64,000 nucleotides of DNA from Squalus acanthias (GCA_030390025.1 CM059430.1:73904001-73968000), one strand, 5' to 3'; shown: positions 40,161 through 53,180, numbered from the stretch's first letter. The notes: generated by a model not told the origin, from the sequence alone. Numbers and translations are program-made.

Positions 40161-40794
40161 ATTCTTGGTATGTCTTTTCTTCATGAAAGGAATTAAATCA
40201 ATTCAAATCGTTGCTGCACGCGTGGGCTACATCTTGATATTATTCAGAGTAAAATGTTGGCTTGTTGAATACACACGATGGAGGAATGGTGTAACATTCA
40301 CTCATCACATAGATTATCTAAACCGACAATGGAGGCTATTAGTGTCAGCAATTCCGAAAAGATGAGGTATAGTTTTCCTGCTAAGAAGTCATTGACGTAT
40401 TACCCAGTTTTCCGCCAATGATTTCCCGATCTCCATCGTTAATTTTGGCAGGAATTTGACAGAACCCCAAAGAAGTAGAGTAGATAGTTAAAACTAACGA
40501 TTTATTCGTTTTTGTGGGGAATTTGCCAAACTTTACCGAACGTACAGGGGTGGGTAAAATATCAAAGAATTCCAGGGTCTACAGGGACATCGTCAACAGA
40601 GGAGCAGCAAGAATTACCGACCACATGGCTGCAGCTGCTGGAGATTCCAAATGATCTATCAGGGAATAACAAAATAATTTGGCTCCAACAACAAGGTCAT
40701 GGAACTTGAGTCCACTCACACGCTGCAATATGTGAGCGCCCTTCAGCGGGAGTGCTATTGAAAACCTAAGGACATGGCGAAAACGGCTAGAACC

Positions 40795-41780
40795 CCTGCT
40801 TTTCTTGATGTATAACAATGACTTGGACGTGGTTGTACAGGGCACAATTTCAAAATTTGCAGATGACACAAAATTTGGAAGTATGGTGAAAAGTGAGGAG
40901 GAAAGTGATAGACTTCAGGAATAGACAGGTTGGTCAAATAGGCGGAAACATGGCAGATGAAATTTAACGAAGAGAAGTGTGCATTGATACATTTTGGTTG
41001 AAAGAATGTGGAGAGGATATATAAACTAAAAGGTACAATCCTGAAGGGGGTGCACGAACAGAGAGAAAATGGGATACTTGCGCACAAATCGTTGAAGATG
41101 GCAGGGCAGGTTGAGAAAGCAGTTAAAACACTTCCGGGATCCTGGGCTTCATAAATAGAGGTATGGAGTACAAAAGTGTGGAAATTATGATGAAACTGTG
41201 TAAAACAGTGGTTCAGCCCCAACTGGAGTACTGTAACCAATTCTGGCCACAACGCTTTAGGAAGGATGTGAAGGCCTTAGACAGGGTGCCGAAAAAAATT
41301 ACGAGAATGATTCCAGGAATAAGGGACTTTAGTTACGTTGATAGCCTGGAGAAGCTGGGGTTGTTCTCCTTGTAGAAGAGAAGTTTGAGAGGATAGATTT
41401 GATAGAAGTGTTAAAAATCAAGAGGGGTCTGGACAGAGTAGATAGAGGGAATCTTCTCCCATTGGCAGCAGGAACGAGAACCGGGGGACACAGATTTAAG
41501 GTGAATGGCAAAAGAACCAAATGTGACGAAAGAAAAAACTTTTTAACACAGCCAATGGATAAGATCGGGAATGCAGTGCTTTAAAGGGTGGTAGATGCAG
41601 ATTCAATCACTTCTTCGAAAACGGAGTTTGATAAGTATATGAAGGAATGAAATTTGCAGTGTTACGAGGAAAGGGAGGGGGAGTGGGATTTGATGAAGTG
41701 CTTTTGCAGAGAGCCGGTTCTTGCTCGATAGCCCTAAAGGCCGCCTTCCGTGCCGTAACCATTCTATGAATCTATGATTC
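40795..41780 (+). mobile_element. CR1 LINE 3' fragment
   Basis: YNNDLD..KFADDTK, LEYCNQFWP, RTGGHRFKV; (attctatga) tail. Confidence 0.88.
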
Positions 41781-42330
41781 TAAGCAGCGGTTAACTCAAT
41801 TTCTCAAGTGTTTGGGCAAAAGGCAGCAGAATCAAGGAGAAATTCTCTCCCTAAGTAGCTGTCAGTCTGTAATCGAACGTTGCCCGACTTTTAGGGGCGA
41901 TTAATGAATTGGGAGGAGAAATTCCAATGAGTTCTAAGAACCCTCCACGTAAAAATTGCAGCACCCCAAGGAAAACAGCACAAACAGCTATTTTGAGCCA
42001 GTTATGCCCTTTCTCTGGTTGTTGTTCTATATTTCGTCTGAATTAGGGCGAGGGACTGGCACAATTCCCATGACTTTCTCAAGACATTTCATAGCCCTTC
42101 TGTCCAAGGTGAGTTACAGTAATGTATTGCGCTGATTGTATTTCCTTGTCCTGAACCAGATGAGCCGGCTGCATAAATGGTCAGATTTACAGAAGAATCG
42201 GCAACTTTTCATAAATCTGATCGAATTTGTTTATCTTCACTCGTACATTGTTTTCTTGTCTTATTGCTTAATTTAATATTTTGCAGGCGCAACAAATCAT
42301 GAATACACGAGAGAAAATTCGAATACTTAC

Positions 42331-42444
42331 CTCTAAATCCATGCAATTTTGAGAGCTTCACTATAGTGACCACCAACAGTAGAATTAACAGTCCAGCACC
42401 GAGCCGGAGAAACATGAACACGAGTGGGAAGCCACGATCGATGT
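42331..42444 (-). pseudogene. Transmembrane exon with intramembrane Arg
   Basis: DIDRGFPLVFMFLRLGAGLLILLLVVTIVKLSKLHGFR, 114 nt, donor G|GTAAGT; acceptor ttttgcCG (mutated). Confidence 0.75.
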
Positions 42445-42594
42445 CGGCAAAATACACAGAACTTTCATTAAAATCTAAACGATCAGTAACAGGGTTTGCA
42501 TTAATGATACAAGACTGGTATAATGACGACTCACACTCTGAATTAAAAGAAAATGTAAGGATCCGATCGGAAAAAATCTATAACAAAAATCTAT

Positions 42595-42915
42595 AATCTC
42601 ATGGGCTTTAACTTTCGTGACCAGTCTGCAATGCGATACCTTATCAAAAGCCTTGCGAAAATTCGTATAGACTACATCAAACGTACAACCCTCATCGACC
42701 CTCCTTGTTACCTCCTCAAAAAATTCAATCAAGTTAGTCAGACACGACCTTCCCTTAACAAATCCATGCTGACTGTCCCTGATTTATCCGTCCCTCAGAA
42801 ATGTTTGCGATCATTTTTCCACCACCGAGTTTAGACTGACTGGCCTTTAATTACTCGATCTATTCCTTTGTACCTTTTTAAAGAACGGTACAACGTTCGA
42901 AGTCCTCCAGTCCAG
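42595..42915 (-). mobile_element. CR1 RT fragment
   Basis: IEFFEEVTRRVDEG..DVVYTNFRKAFDKVSH. Confidence 0.8.
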
Positions 42916-45395
42916 AAGAAACGGCAGCATCCCAAGAAAAAATAGTTTAAATGTCCATTTTTAATTCTCTACATTATTTCTCTAAAGTTTCGTTGATCGC
43001 AAGACCGAACTGATGGTACTAAACAGTGGAGCCCAATGAACTTGCAGTTCCATGATCTCTCGACAACCTGTGTCAATGGTCTTTGTATGAATGTTTCTCT
43101 CGCTCTCTCTGCTATTCTACATCGGTGTCCTTCTATGTGACCTTTTGTTGTCTATCCTTATGATACTTTAGCTCTCTCTCGGCACTCTTCTGCATCCTTC
43201 TCTGCATATATGCTCTATCACTTGCTGTCGAATGTGATGGGTAGCACAGTGTGTTTTGAACGAGAAAATTATAAACTAGTGTATGAAGGGTGCACTTTGG
43301 ACTTTACAGGGACACTCTGGCCCTTACTGGCTCCTTTCCCAACCTCAATCCAATTATTCATCCCCACAGATTTTACTGCTCTATCTTCTCTCAAGTGTTC
43401 ATTTCTCGACCGAAACCTTCCCTTTATATCACTCCTCACTCAGATCCACACTGCCCTGCCTCTTCCTTATTGAAATATCCACTCAAGCCCTAAGATTTCC
43501 GGTCCACTTGCTCCCATTACATGTAACCTGACATGCTTTTCAGCTGTTCTGCACTCCAATTCAATCCTCCAGGCTATGGGGTGAGCTGTCTAAGGCAACC
43601 TTACCCTTTGCTGGCTTCCTGCCTCCTACTATTTTATTTCCTTTCTATTCATTTCCTTCGATGATGCTGTATTTGGTTTGAAAAGTTAAAATAATATTGA
43701 AATAAGCTACGTCAGCATAAGCGAAGTCCAAAAATGTCAGCTCTCTTTATCTATGTCTCTGGCCCTAATTTTGACTTTTATCTCTCTGCTAAACATTGGC
43801 GATCGCGAATCGGGCGACCGTTTTCACATCAATCGGTTTTGTGCTGATTTGCTATCACCCATTGTTAGCTAGGCGAGTAGATTTAAAATTACCCGCTCTC
43901 TCTCTGATGTCGCACATGTTAGTATGTAGAAATTCTGTCTCACAGCTGTGAGAAATTATCATTTACACTTTGTAAATGTCAAGCAAACATAATTCACAGT
44001 TAGCATTAATGTGACTCTAAATTCAAATTGTAATTCTTTTGAACTTAACATTCATATTAACTTGAAGAAAGATTCTCTTCTGTCCCTTGCTTAAAGCTCT
44101 CTCTCGTGTGTACCCTTCTCTCTCGCAATCTCTGACATAAGCCCGTCTATCTCATGCTCTGTTCCTCAGCTTAATTAACTTTCAAAACATAATGGACCGT
44201 TTTGAACCAAACATTAATATCGTTGTGTAATAATTTTTGTAATATCCCACTTCTCTCTCTCGCTCGCACATATATAAACACACGCGTGATCGAATCAAGC
44301 CAATCGTTTTTTAAACATAGAATCTAAACTTTACATTAATGAATATTCCAAAAAAAATCCTTTTTCTGAATGAATCAACAACTGACTAAATGCTGCAGAA
44401 AGACGGCACACTCACAGAAAGCATGACCTAAAGTAAGTTCAGAGAGCGACAGTTCATGCCAAAATATGAATTCAAAGTCTTTTTCTTCTGTGACTCTCTG
44501 AAGAATTCAAGTAACACCTTAATGAAGGCAATCAGAGATGGAAAGGCAACCCAATTAATACTTCTCATCAAGCTTTAGTGAAATATCTGCTTTTGAATTT
44601 GAATATTGTATAAACCCTGAATTTGACTTTAGATATTTCATTCGCTGCACTTCAAACTGAGGATCAAAATTTTCAGCTTAAAAAACTGATAGATACATTT
44701 GACTGATTGCTCGGGAAACCAATTTTCGCACCAGATCGTGCCATTACAGGGTCAGATTTAAAAAGTAATTTTTTAGAGCTTATTCCATTCGTCCGCCATA
44801 ACTTCGGCGGAAGAGCCGTGAAATTCAGTATTTCCTGGATTTCCTCGGCTATTCTCACGAAAATATGGCGGACGACTGGTTGAGCCCGGCTGAAACTCAT
44901 GTCAGTATAAATGTGCAGCATGCATCGTGTAATGTTAAACGGTGGCAAAAATATGACATCAAAAAGTAAGGGTGTTGTTAAACAGGAAGTGAACAGACAT
45001 TAGTGGCGTTGATTTCCTCGGGAGATGCCCCACCCATCGCATCAACCGCTCTTACATCGACTGGTAATTAGCTTAATCCGGGGAGAAACTGATAACCAGT
45101 CTTTTCTGCCCTTTTCATCCGCCTTTGCCCAAAATGTTCCACCGATCTCCCACCGATGTTTGCACACCAGACTAGGGCAATCTCTCATAAATCCCTGGTG
45201 AACAGTGTTAGTAAATATATTCATATAAACGGCTGAAATCACTGAACAATTAAATGTGGAACAGTTGGTTACCGATGACTGTTCGTCAGAACATCTAATT
45301 ACCTGCAGTGATTCATTTTTATCGTTGCTATTTGTATCAGTGACGCTTAAAGACATCAGGCGACTGACGGTGTATTCCCATGACCTTAACTGAAT

Positions 45396-46111
45396 GCGAC
45401 AGAAATTCGGCTTTCCGGCTTCCTGCGGGCGCAAGCATCGCGCGCCCACTTGCCCAACGTGCCTGCAGTTGTGCTTTTGGCCCACGAGGACTTCGGGTCC
45501 TGGGCCTCCTCCAGCTGCAGGCGGGCAGTGCGTGTGTATCCAAGGGGCGCAGTAAGTTCGAAGCGTCCCCTGGGATCACGTGGGCCATGGAGATCCAATC
45601 CTAGCAGGGCATTTTCGTTCATAGATTTGACAGGAAGTCCTGTCAAATCTATGAATAGAGATCGGCCCCAAAACCACATTTAAACTTCAAATAAATTTTT
45701 AAAACAACATCACATTTTTTACATAACTATAAGTTAAATACATTAACTACATTAAACAAAAATGTTTCAAAATAATTAATTACGCTTTTAACGGTGCTAA
45801 AAATAAACTTACCTTTCTTTAATGTATCTAAAAAAGATAAATTTCAAATTGTAATTAATTAACCACTTAACTTGTTAAAAACAGGCCTTGCGCCTCTTTT
45901 TTAAAAGCGCAGCTTCTTCATACTTACCCTCCCAGAGAAACCTGAAAAAAAAGCTGAAGTTTGCTGCGTGCGCGCAGCCTCTCCCGCGCACGCGGTTCAC
46001 CTCTGAACCCCGTCATTCAGGCGCAGTGCATGCAGGAAACCGGCACTTCAGGTGGCCTTACGGGTGAGTACACAACGCGTACTCACTGGACAACAGCGGT
46101 ATTTCTGTCCC
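45396..46111 (-). mobile_element. Harbinger-like MITE, copy B (same family as 1749-2505, opposite orientation)
   Basis: Termini GCGACAGAAATT...ATTTCTGTCCC, AAT on both sides (45393-45395, 46112-46114), perfect central palindrome 45618-45655. Confidence 0.88.
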
Positions 46112-46172
46112 AATATATTTATAATGCAATTGTTTATTAGCGGGCACATTTGTGACTGCACAGAATAATAAT

Positions 46173-46820
46173 GGTCCTTAGAGCGGATTCCTGCAATCTG
46201 GGAGAATCTGCGCCCTTAACTGAGGGCTCCCGGGAAGCTTGCAGTTGCGATGCTGGGACTCTCCAAACTCCAAGTGCGCAGTGCCCAGGTATCTTGGAGG
46301 TGCATGTAGTTCGCAGCGTCCCTTTGATCACGTGGGTCATGTGGAACCAATCACAGGAGGGAATCTCCCTTCATACATTTGACAGCAAGTCCTGTCAAAT
46401 ATATGATGGCGAACGATGAGAAAACATAGTAAAACTTTCAATAATTTTTTAAAATCACATTTTTAAAATGACTTGAAATTATTATAACTTAAGTAGTTTA
46501 ATCAAAAATTTTATTTTTTGAAAAAATCATTAAAGTATTTTACGGGGCTAAAAATAAACTTACATTTTTTAAAGTATTTTTAAAAGATAACTCAATGAAA
46601 TTTATGTATTTATTTATTTATTTTTTCAACTCTTATCCTGGTAAAAGCCGGCTTTACGCACGCTTATACCAGGCGTAACAATTGTAAGGGTTTTCTGCGG
46701 GCGGACTGTCTCCGAAAATTGGAACTATCCGCTCGCAGAGGCCCTTCTCCGGCATTTCCGATGTCCCTCCGGGTGGGTGTACAGCGGATACCCACCCGCA
46801 GGGTTCGGAATATCCGGCCC
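46173..46820 (-). mobile_element. Related MITE subfamily
   Basis: Ends GGAATATCCGGCCC followed by AAT; shares gatcacgtggg.catg, TCATACATTTGACAG..CTGTCAAATATATGA and acggggctaaaaataaactta motifs with copy B. Confidence 0.7.
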
Positions 46821-47420
46821 AATGTTACTGTCAGACTTTTATTACGCTATTCCAGCCATGCCACCAAAACGTGTGCCGATAATATATACACTCTAAAAAT
46901 CAGTTTGATTGAAATGCTCTAATTCTGGGCATGGTTTATCTATAATTAAGGTAATAAATGTTTCCATGGAAGCGAAACTTCTTCATAATTTCGCAAATTA
47001 ATGAAAATAATATGAACAAATACATCTATTACCACCCCTGCAGAACGATGCGCGTGCATAGCTGACCCGTTCTTCTGCTTTAACTTCTTCGGACGATCCA
47101 TTAAACATCGCAGAAGTGACCAAAACCGCCATAGGCATCCCAGCCTGACTTTTGCCAGACGAGTGGGTGCCTTTGGTGAGAGACAATAAAGCAGGTGTCC
47201 TACAACTAATAACTGGAAAATATCTTTGCTGTAAACTGTAGGGTGCGGGTCGTCTTTTACGTGCGTGGAATTGTTTCCCGAAATTCTTACGGCTCACACA
47301 TGCTGACTAGAAACTCACACAGCACCAACTGGGGCCCGCCGTCCATGATGACGGATCTCAGTAGAATCAAAATATTCAGCAAAGACTGAGAAAAACCCGA
47401 AAAACAAGCACGCCAATTAC

Positions 47421-47726
47421 CTGAAATGCCAATAAGGTAATGAACACTGGCTCCAGTCTGGAGAGAGATGTGCGATACCCTCCAGGAATAATTAGATCCG
47501 ATCTGCCAAGGACCTGCTTCACTGAGATCACTGGAAACTTCAAATAGTCCGGTTGAATTACGTTTTTTGATAGTTTCCCTGCCGTTCGCGATTTTCCATC
47601 CATTTTTATACCAACTGATGTTCAGATTTTCCGGGAAAAACCAAGAAGTTTTACACACAAGATTGAAAGAAGTCGATGGCTGTCTTCTAAATCCAATGTT
47701 AGAAATCTGCAACGGCGTCGGAGGAA
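47421..47726 (-). pseudogene. Ig C1-set domain exon
   Basis: tttttttaag|VPPTPLQISN..FNLVCKTSWFFPENLNISWYKNG..NSTGLFEVSSDL..NYSWRVSHISL..|gtaatt; 306 nt, phase 1-1; F-strand Cys replaced by Trp (TGG). Confidence 0.88.
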
Positions 47727-48734
47727 CTTAAAAAAATAGAAATAAAATGTTAATTACACTTAATGGGTGCGAAATTGGTCTTGTGACGGTAGAAGGTTGC
47801 CAGACGGGGCTTCAATTTCCACTGAGTGGATTCTATGATTCTATGAGTGTTTCTGATCTCTCACCATAACCTCGGCTGAAAATCCCTCACCCGAGAATTT
47901 CTCAGAAAATCTAGGGCACATGAGTTGGGTTTCTGATGTCTCAATCCAGTTAGTTCCATTGCCGTTCTTATGAGTTTGAAGGAGTCTTCTTCAAATGTTT
48001 TTGTTCTCTTTCAAAAGCGAGTATAGAAATTATATCATCATTCTATCTGGTGGTGACGTTCAAAGTCTGACCACCTTCAGTAAAAAAATATTTTCCAACT
48101 TGGTCCAATATCTTAAACTAGTTACCTTTAGTTCTGAACTTACTGGGCAGTGTAATTTTTTCCTATTTACTTTGTCAGAACAATTTATAATTTAGTACAC
48201 CTGGAACAAATCTCGTGTAAACTTTCACTGATCTGGGGAATAAGGGCACAGTTTCTCTCGTCTCTTCTCTTTAACTTACCATCTCGTTCCTTGTAAGATT
48301 TTAGTGAAATAATTTCCAGCCCTCTCAATAACATTGACATCCTCCCCAAACTAATGCCCTGAAACCAGTTGACTAACAGGAGTTTACCCAGTGAATTGTA
48401 TTTGTTCACTAACACCATTGTATTTGTATTGTATTCTTCCATAAAACCAAACCTTGGTCGCTGATATTCGGTCGGAGTTTGATTGATTTCGCGTCTTTTT
48501 CCTGCAGGAAACGGGTGGTGAAACTTTGCCAAGTACGAGTTTTTGTCACTTAGAACTTTCTCTATGGACTTAGCCAGGCCTCCTACCGGCGTTACGGTTG
48601 GAGATCCGGGAAATCTTCGCAGAGTTCGGGGCCTACGATACAATTTGTTGTTTTTACAGCTTTGCTTATTCTTAAATTTTGAATCCGAACTTCGAAATGC
48701 ATTTTCCCTTCATCTGCATGTCATTTGCTTTTAA

Positions 48735-49118
48735 TTCATTCAAGAGATGTGAGCGTCGTTGGCACGCACAGTATTTATTCCCCTCCTTGTTTGACCTATG
48801 AAAGTGGTGGTGAGCGGTTTGATACAACTGAGAGACTTTCTAACTGCTTCAGAGGACAATTGAAAATTAACCATGTTGGTGTGGGAGAAAAGTCGCATAC
48901 AGTGCAGACTGGTTAAGGAAGGCAAGTTTCTTTCCCTGAAGGATATTAGTGAAGAAATAGGTTTGATGGCAATCCACTTACACCAGCATTTATTTCCATA
49001 TATTTTCGATTAAATTAAAATTTTAAACTGCCAACTAGGGAGTTGAAAGCACAATCCCTCTATTATTAGTCTAGGCTCTAGATTAGTAGATCAGTAAAAT
49101 AACAACTAATCCACAATG
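48735..49118 (-). mobile_element. SINE: degenerate tRNA-like head, Zenon-like LINE 5' UTR segment and LINE 3' tail
   Basis: 48815-48975 resembles 23578-23745; 48735-48812 resembles 20620-20703; A/B-box-like motifs at ~49115 and ~49045 on the minus strand. Confidence 0.65.
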
Positions 49119-50484
49119 TTGGTATATGAGGGAGAGAGAGAGAGATTCTAACCTAGCAACAGTGGAGAGAGAGCAAGATAGAATTACAGATCACCCCAGC
49201 AGCAGCCAGTTTTCAAGATTGAATTAAGGCCTCGCCATTTTTATAGTAGTGCCATACATTAAACATCCCACTACATACCATTGCAACCTACGCGAAACGA
49301 TTTTGATGTACGAGAATTTTAAAGTTGTGTGTGTAGGAATCGGCTGAAGGACGGTGCATTGACCGGAGACTACCATATAAGGCAATGCAAGTTTCGGTTT
49401 CATCAGGAGAAACAGTGCATAAAAAATATGCTTTTGTGCTAGAAATCTTAGGAGAGAGGAATGTACAAGAATGAACACATGTCTACTTTCAAAACTGCTG
49501 ACAAAACCTCACTTGTAAATTGTGCTATACTCTGGAGAAATTATACTCCGCTTTTAGATTGTTTTCATTTTAAAGTCCAACAAGTAGTGATTTTAATCAT
49601 TAGACTGAATACATTACTACACGAATGAACAACAGAAGATGGTTTAAAACAACATACAGTACCGAATGCACTTGATCATATTCTTCCTCCCCAAAAACTC
49701 ATATCTGCAAAGTACATTTCATTGGACTTGTTCTCTTCTAACATATCGATATTCTCATTAAGTTCTGTTGAGTCTTCTAGAGCGTGCACCACATCCCCCT
49801 ATTCGGTCTGTTCTATCAATTTTCATAGTGCGTCCCAATTTAGACCCGGGTAATTAAATTCCACATTGTGACTATTGTCTGGGCCCGGTAATTCCACGGG
49901 GCTGCCGCATTGTCTGGCTTCAATGGAAAAGTAAATCAGACGGGGACTTTAATTGGAGGAACATCCGTTACCGTACATGGTGGTCTTGCCGGAGAGCAAA
50001 AAGGCCGTTTGATTCCTCGCCAGATTTTCCATTCCATTGAAGTCAATGGGAAAGAAAATGGAGCGGTGTAAATGAACATTAGCGGATGCCTTGTCCTGAG
50101 CTTCGGGCTACCGCCCAAGACGGCATTCACTGTTATGTTGGTAATAAATGATTAAATACATATTGACAAGCGGCTAGAACTAATCAGTAAACTGCTTTAC
50201 TACCTTTTAATGAATTGTTTTCAGTGGATTGTTTATTATTTTGGGAATCTCACTCATTTGGCATGTTTGGCTCCGGACTCGAATTGCCAGCGTTTGTTCT
50301 GCTGCAGGTGATCCGCAGATGGTTTTATGGGGGGTTTACCTTCCGTCTGCTTTAAACTCCGCGGAAGAGCCGCCGAAAACCCGAGAATAAAACAACGTGT
50401 TCCTTGCATCATTTTTTCACTGAAAACGCTCATACAATTGGTTGGTTCACGAGTTTCTATTGCAGAATCCAGGCTATGGAAGTA

Positions 50485-51000
50485 TTGGCCCAAAATTTGC
50501 GATCGGAGGCTTCCCGCGACCTGCTGGCGCGGAAGATATGGAGGCTTGCGATCCTGGGCCACTCGGGATACGCGCGGGCAGAGGCCCACGTATCACAAGG
50601 GCACATGCGTTTCGCCAGCGCCCCTGGGATGACGTCGGTCGGCTGATCTAATAAAAGAATGGAACAGCCATTCATAATTCTGGGAGTTCTGCACGTACGG
50701 GAGTGCTATAAGTATGAATGGGGAATCATTTAAAAAAATACACGAACACATGAAATAAATAAAAAAAATTGCATCATTAAAATTACATAAAATGTCTAAT
50801 AATTAAATATTTTACCAATTTTTTTTTTAACGGAAATTAATAAGTTGTAACGGGGCTAAAAATAAGTTACCTTATTGGACAGCGTTTTTAATGTATCAAT
50901 GAGTGATAACATTTTATTTTTCTATTTGGTAAAACTCTCATGCTGGTAAAATCAGGCCTTAAAAGCAGGATTTAATTTCCCACGTACAAACTGGAGAACT
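50485..51000. mobile_element. Diverged Harbinger-like MITE related to the palindrome family
   Basis: Start GGCCCAAAATTTGCG; gcccctgggat.acgt.gg, CATTCATA...TATGAATG inverted repeat, cggggctaaaaataagttacct. Confidence 0.55.
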
Positions 51001-51100
51001 GTCAATCTGTTTCATGTGATTAGATTCTGAGTGCAGCAGCAGTTTAAGGGCGATCTGATTTAAATTTATACAGAATGATACTGTGAATATAAATACTGGC

Positions 51101-51391
51101 NNNNNNNNNNNNNNNNNNNNNNNNNNNNNNNNNNNNNNNNNNNNNNNNNNNNNNNNNNNNNNNNNNNNNNNNNNNNNNNNNNNNNNNNNNNNNNNNNNNN
51201 NNNNNNNNNNNNNNNNNNNNNNNNNNNNNNNNNNNNNNNNNNNNNNNNNNNNNNNNNNNNNNNNNNNNNNNNNNNNNNNNNNNNNNNNNNNNNNNNNNNN
51301 NNNNNNNNNNNNNNNNNNNNNNNNNNNNNNNNNNNNNNNNNNNNNNNNNNNNNNNNNNNNNNNNNNNNNNNNNNNNNNNNNNNNNNNNNNN
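51101..51391. other. Assembly gap (291 N)
   Basis: Run of n. Confidence 1.
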
Positions 51392-51419
51392 AGCCAGCAA
51401 GCTAGTTAGCTATTAATCT

Positions 51420-53135
51420 ACTCATGTTGGTATCCAGTTATCTTTCATTATCTCTGAGCGTTTGCAACTATCTTCAGCCAGACGTGCTGAGTGGATGATA
51501 CATATTGGCTTCCACCTGAGGTCCCCACCATCACAGAAGCCAGTCTTCAGCCAATTCCATTCACTCCCCGTGAGATCAAGAATCGGCTGAGTGCACTGGA
51601 TACTGCAAAGGCTATGTAGCCCGTCAACATCCCGGCTGTCGTGTTGAAGACATGCGCTCCACAACCAGCTGCGCATCTGGTCGAGCTGTTCCAGTACAGC
51701 TACAAAACTGGCATCTAACCGACAACGTGCAAAGCTGCCCAGGTCTGAACTGTCCACAAAACGCAGGACTAATCCAACCCGGCCAATTACCACCCCATCA
51801 GTCTACTATCAATCATGAGCGAAGTGATGAAAGGTGTCATTGACATTGTTATCAAACAGCACTTAATCACTGATAACCTGCTAACTGATGCCGAGTTTGA
51901 GTTCCGCCAGGACCATTCGGCTCCAGACATCATTACAGCCTTGGTCCAAACATGGACAAAGAAGCTGAATTCCAGAGTTGAGTTGAGAGTGACTGCCCTT
52001 GACATCAAGGCAGCATTTGACCGTAGTAAAACAAAAGTCAATGGGAATCGGGGGGAAAACTGTCCACTGGCTGGAGTCACATCTAGCACAAAGAAAGATG
52101 GCTGTGGTGGTTGCTGGTCAATAATCATAGCCCAAGGATATCGCTGCAAGTGTTCCTCAGGGCAATGTCCTAGGAGCAAACATCTTCAGCTGCTTCATCA
52201 ATGAACTTCCCTCCATCATCAGATGGAAAATGGGGATGTTCGCTGATGACTGCACAGTGTTCAGTGCCATTCGCAACTCTTCAGATAATGAAGCAGTCCA
52301 GGCCCACAGGCAACAAGACCTGGACAACATTCAGGATTGGGATGATAATTGGCAGGTCACATTCGCGCCACACAAGTGCCAGGCAATGACTATCTCCAAC
52401 AAGAGAGTCTAACCACCTCCCCGTGACATTCAGCTGCAGTACCATAGCCGAATCCCACACCATCAACATTCTGGGAGATCACAATGGACCAGAAACCTAA
52501 CTGGACAAGCCACATAAATACTGTGTCAACAGGCGCTGGTATGAGGCTAGGTATTCTCCGTTGAGTGTCTCTCCCCATGTCTCCCCAAATCCTTTCCACC
52601 ATCTACAAGGCACAAGTAAGGAGTGTGATGGAATACGCTTCAGTTGCCTGGTTGACTGCAGCTCCAACAACACTCAAGAAGCTCGACACCATCCACGATA
52701 AAGCAGTCCACTGGATTAGCACCCCATCCACTACCTCAAACATTAACTCCCTTAACACCAGCCAACCGTGGCTGCAGTGTGTTCCATCTACAAGCTGCAC
52801 TGAAACCACTCGCCAATGCTCCTTCGGCAGCATCTCCCAAACCCGGGATCTCTACCAGCTTGAAGGACAAGTGCAGCAGGAGCATGGGAATACCACCACC
52901 TGCAAGTTCTACTCCAAGTCACACACAATCCTGATTAGAAGTATATCACCGTTCCTTCATGTCGCTGGGTCAAAATCCTGGAACTCCCTCTATAACAGCA
53001 ATGTGGGAGTACCTTCACTGCACGGACTGCAGCGGTGAAAGAAGGCGGCTCTCCACCACGTTCTCAAGAGCAATTAGGGATGGACAATAAATGCTGGCCT
53101 TAATGGAGCTGCTTAGATCCCATGAAATAATATAA
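51420..53135 (+). mobile_element. Zenon-like CR1-group LINE (RT to 3' end)
   Basis: FEFRQDHSAPDIITAL..VTALDIKAAFDR, MFADDCT, LKKLDTIHDKAV; tail atcccatgaaataatataaaa. Confidence 0.88.
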
Positions 53136-53180
53136 AACAGTACATAAATGACATTTAGAATTGTATGACACGCCACTTAC

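Noticed and set aside
48185-48643. 152-aa ORF between the V and C1 exons
   Set aside because: No Ig motifs; appears to be a chance read-through of MITE and decayed CR1 sequence
51044-51409. ORFs made of X residues
   Set aside because: Artefact of the N gap
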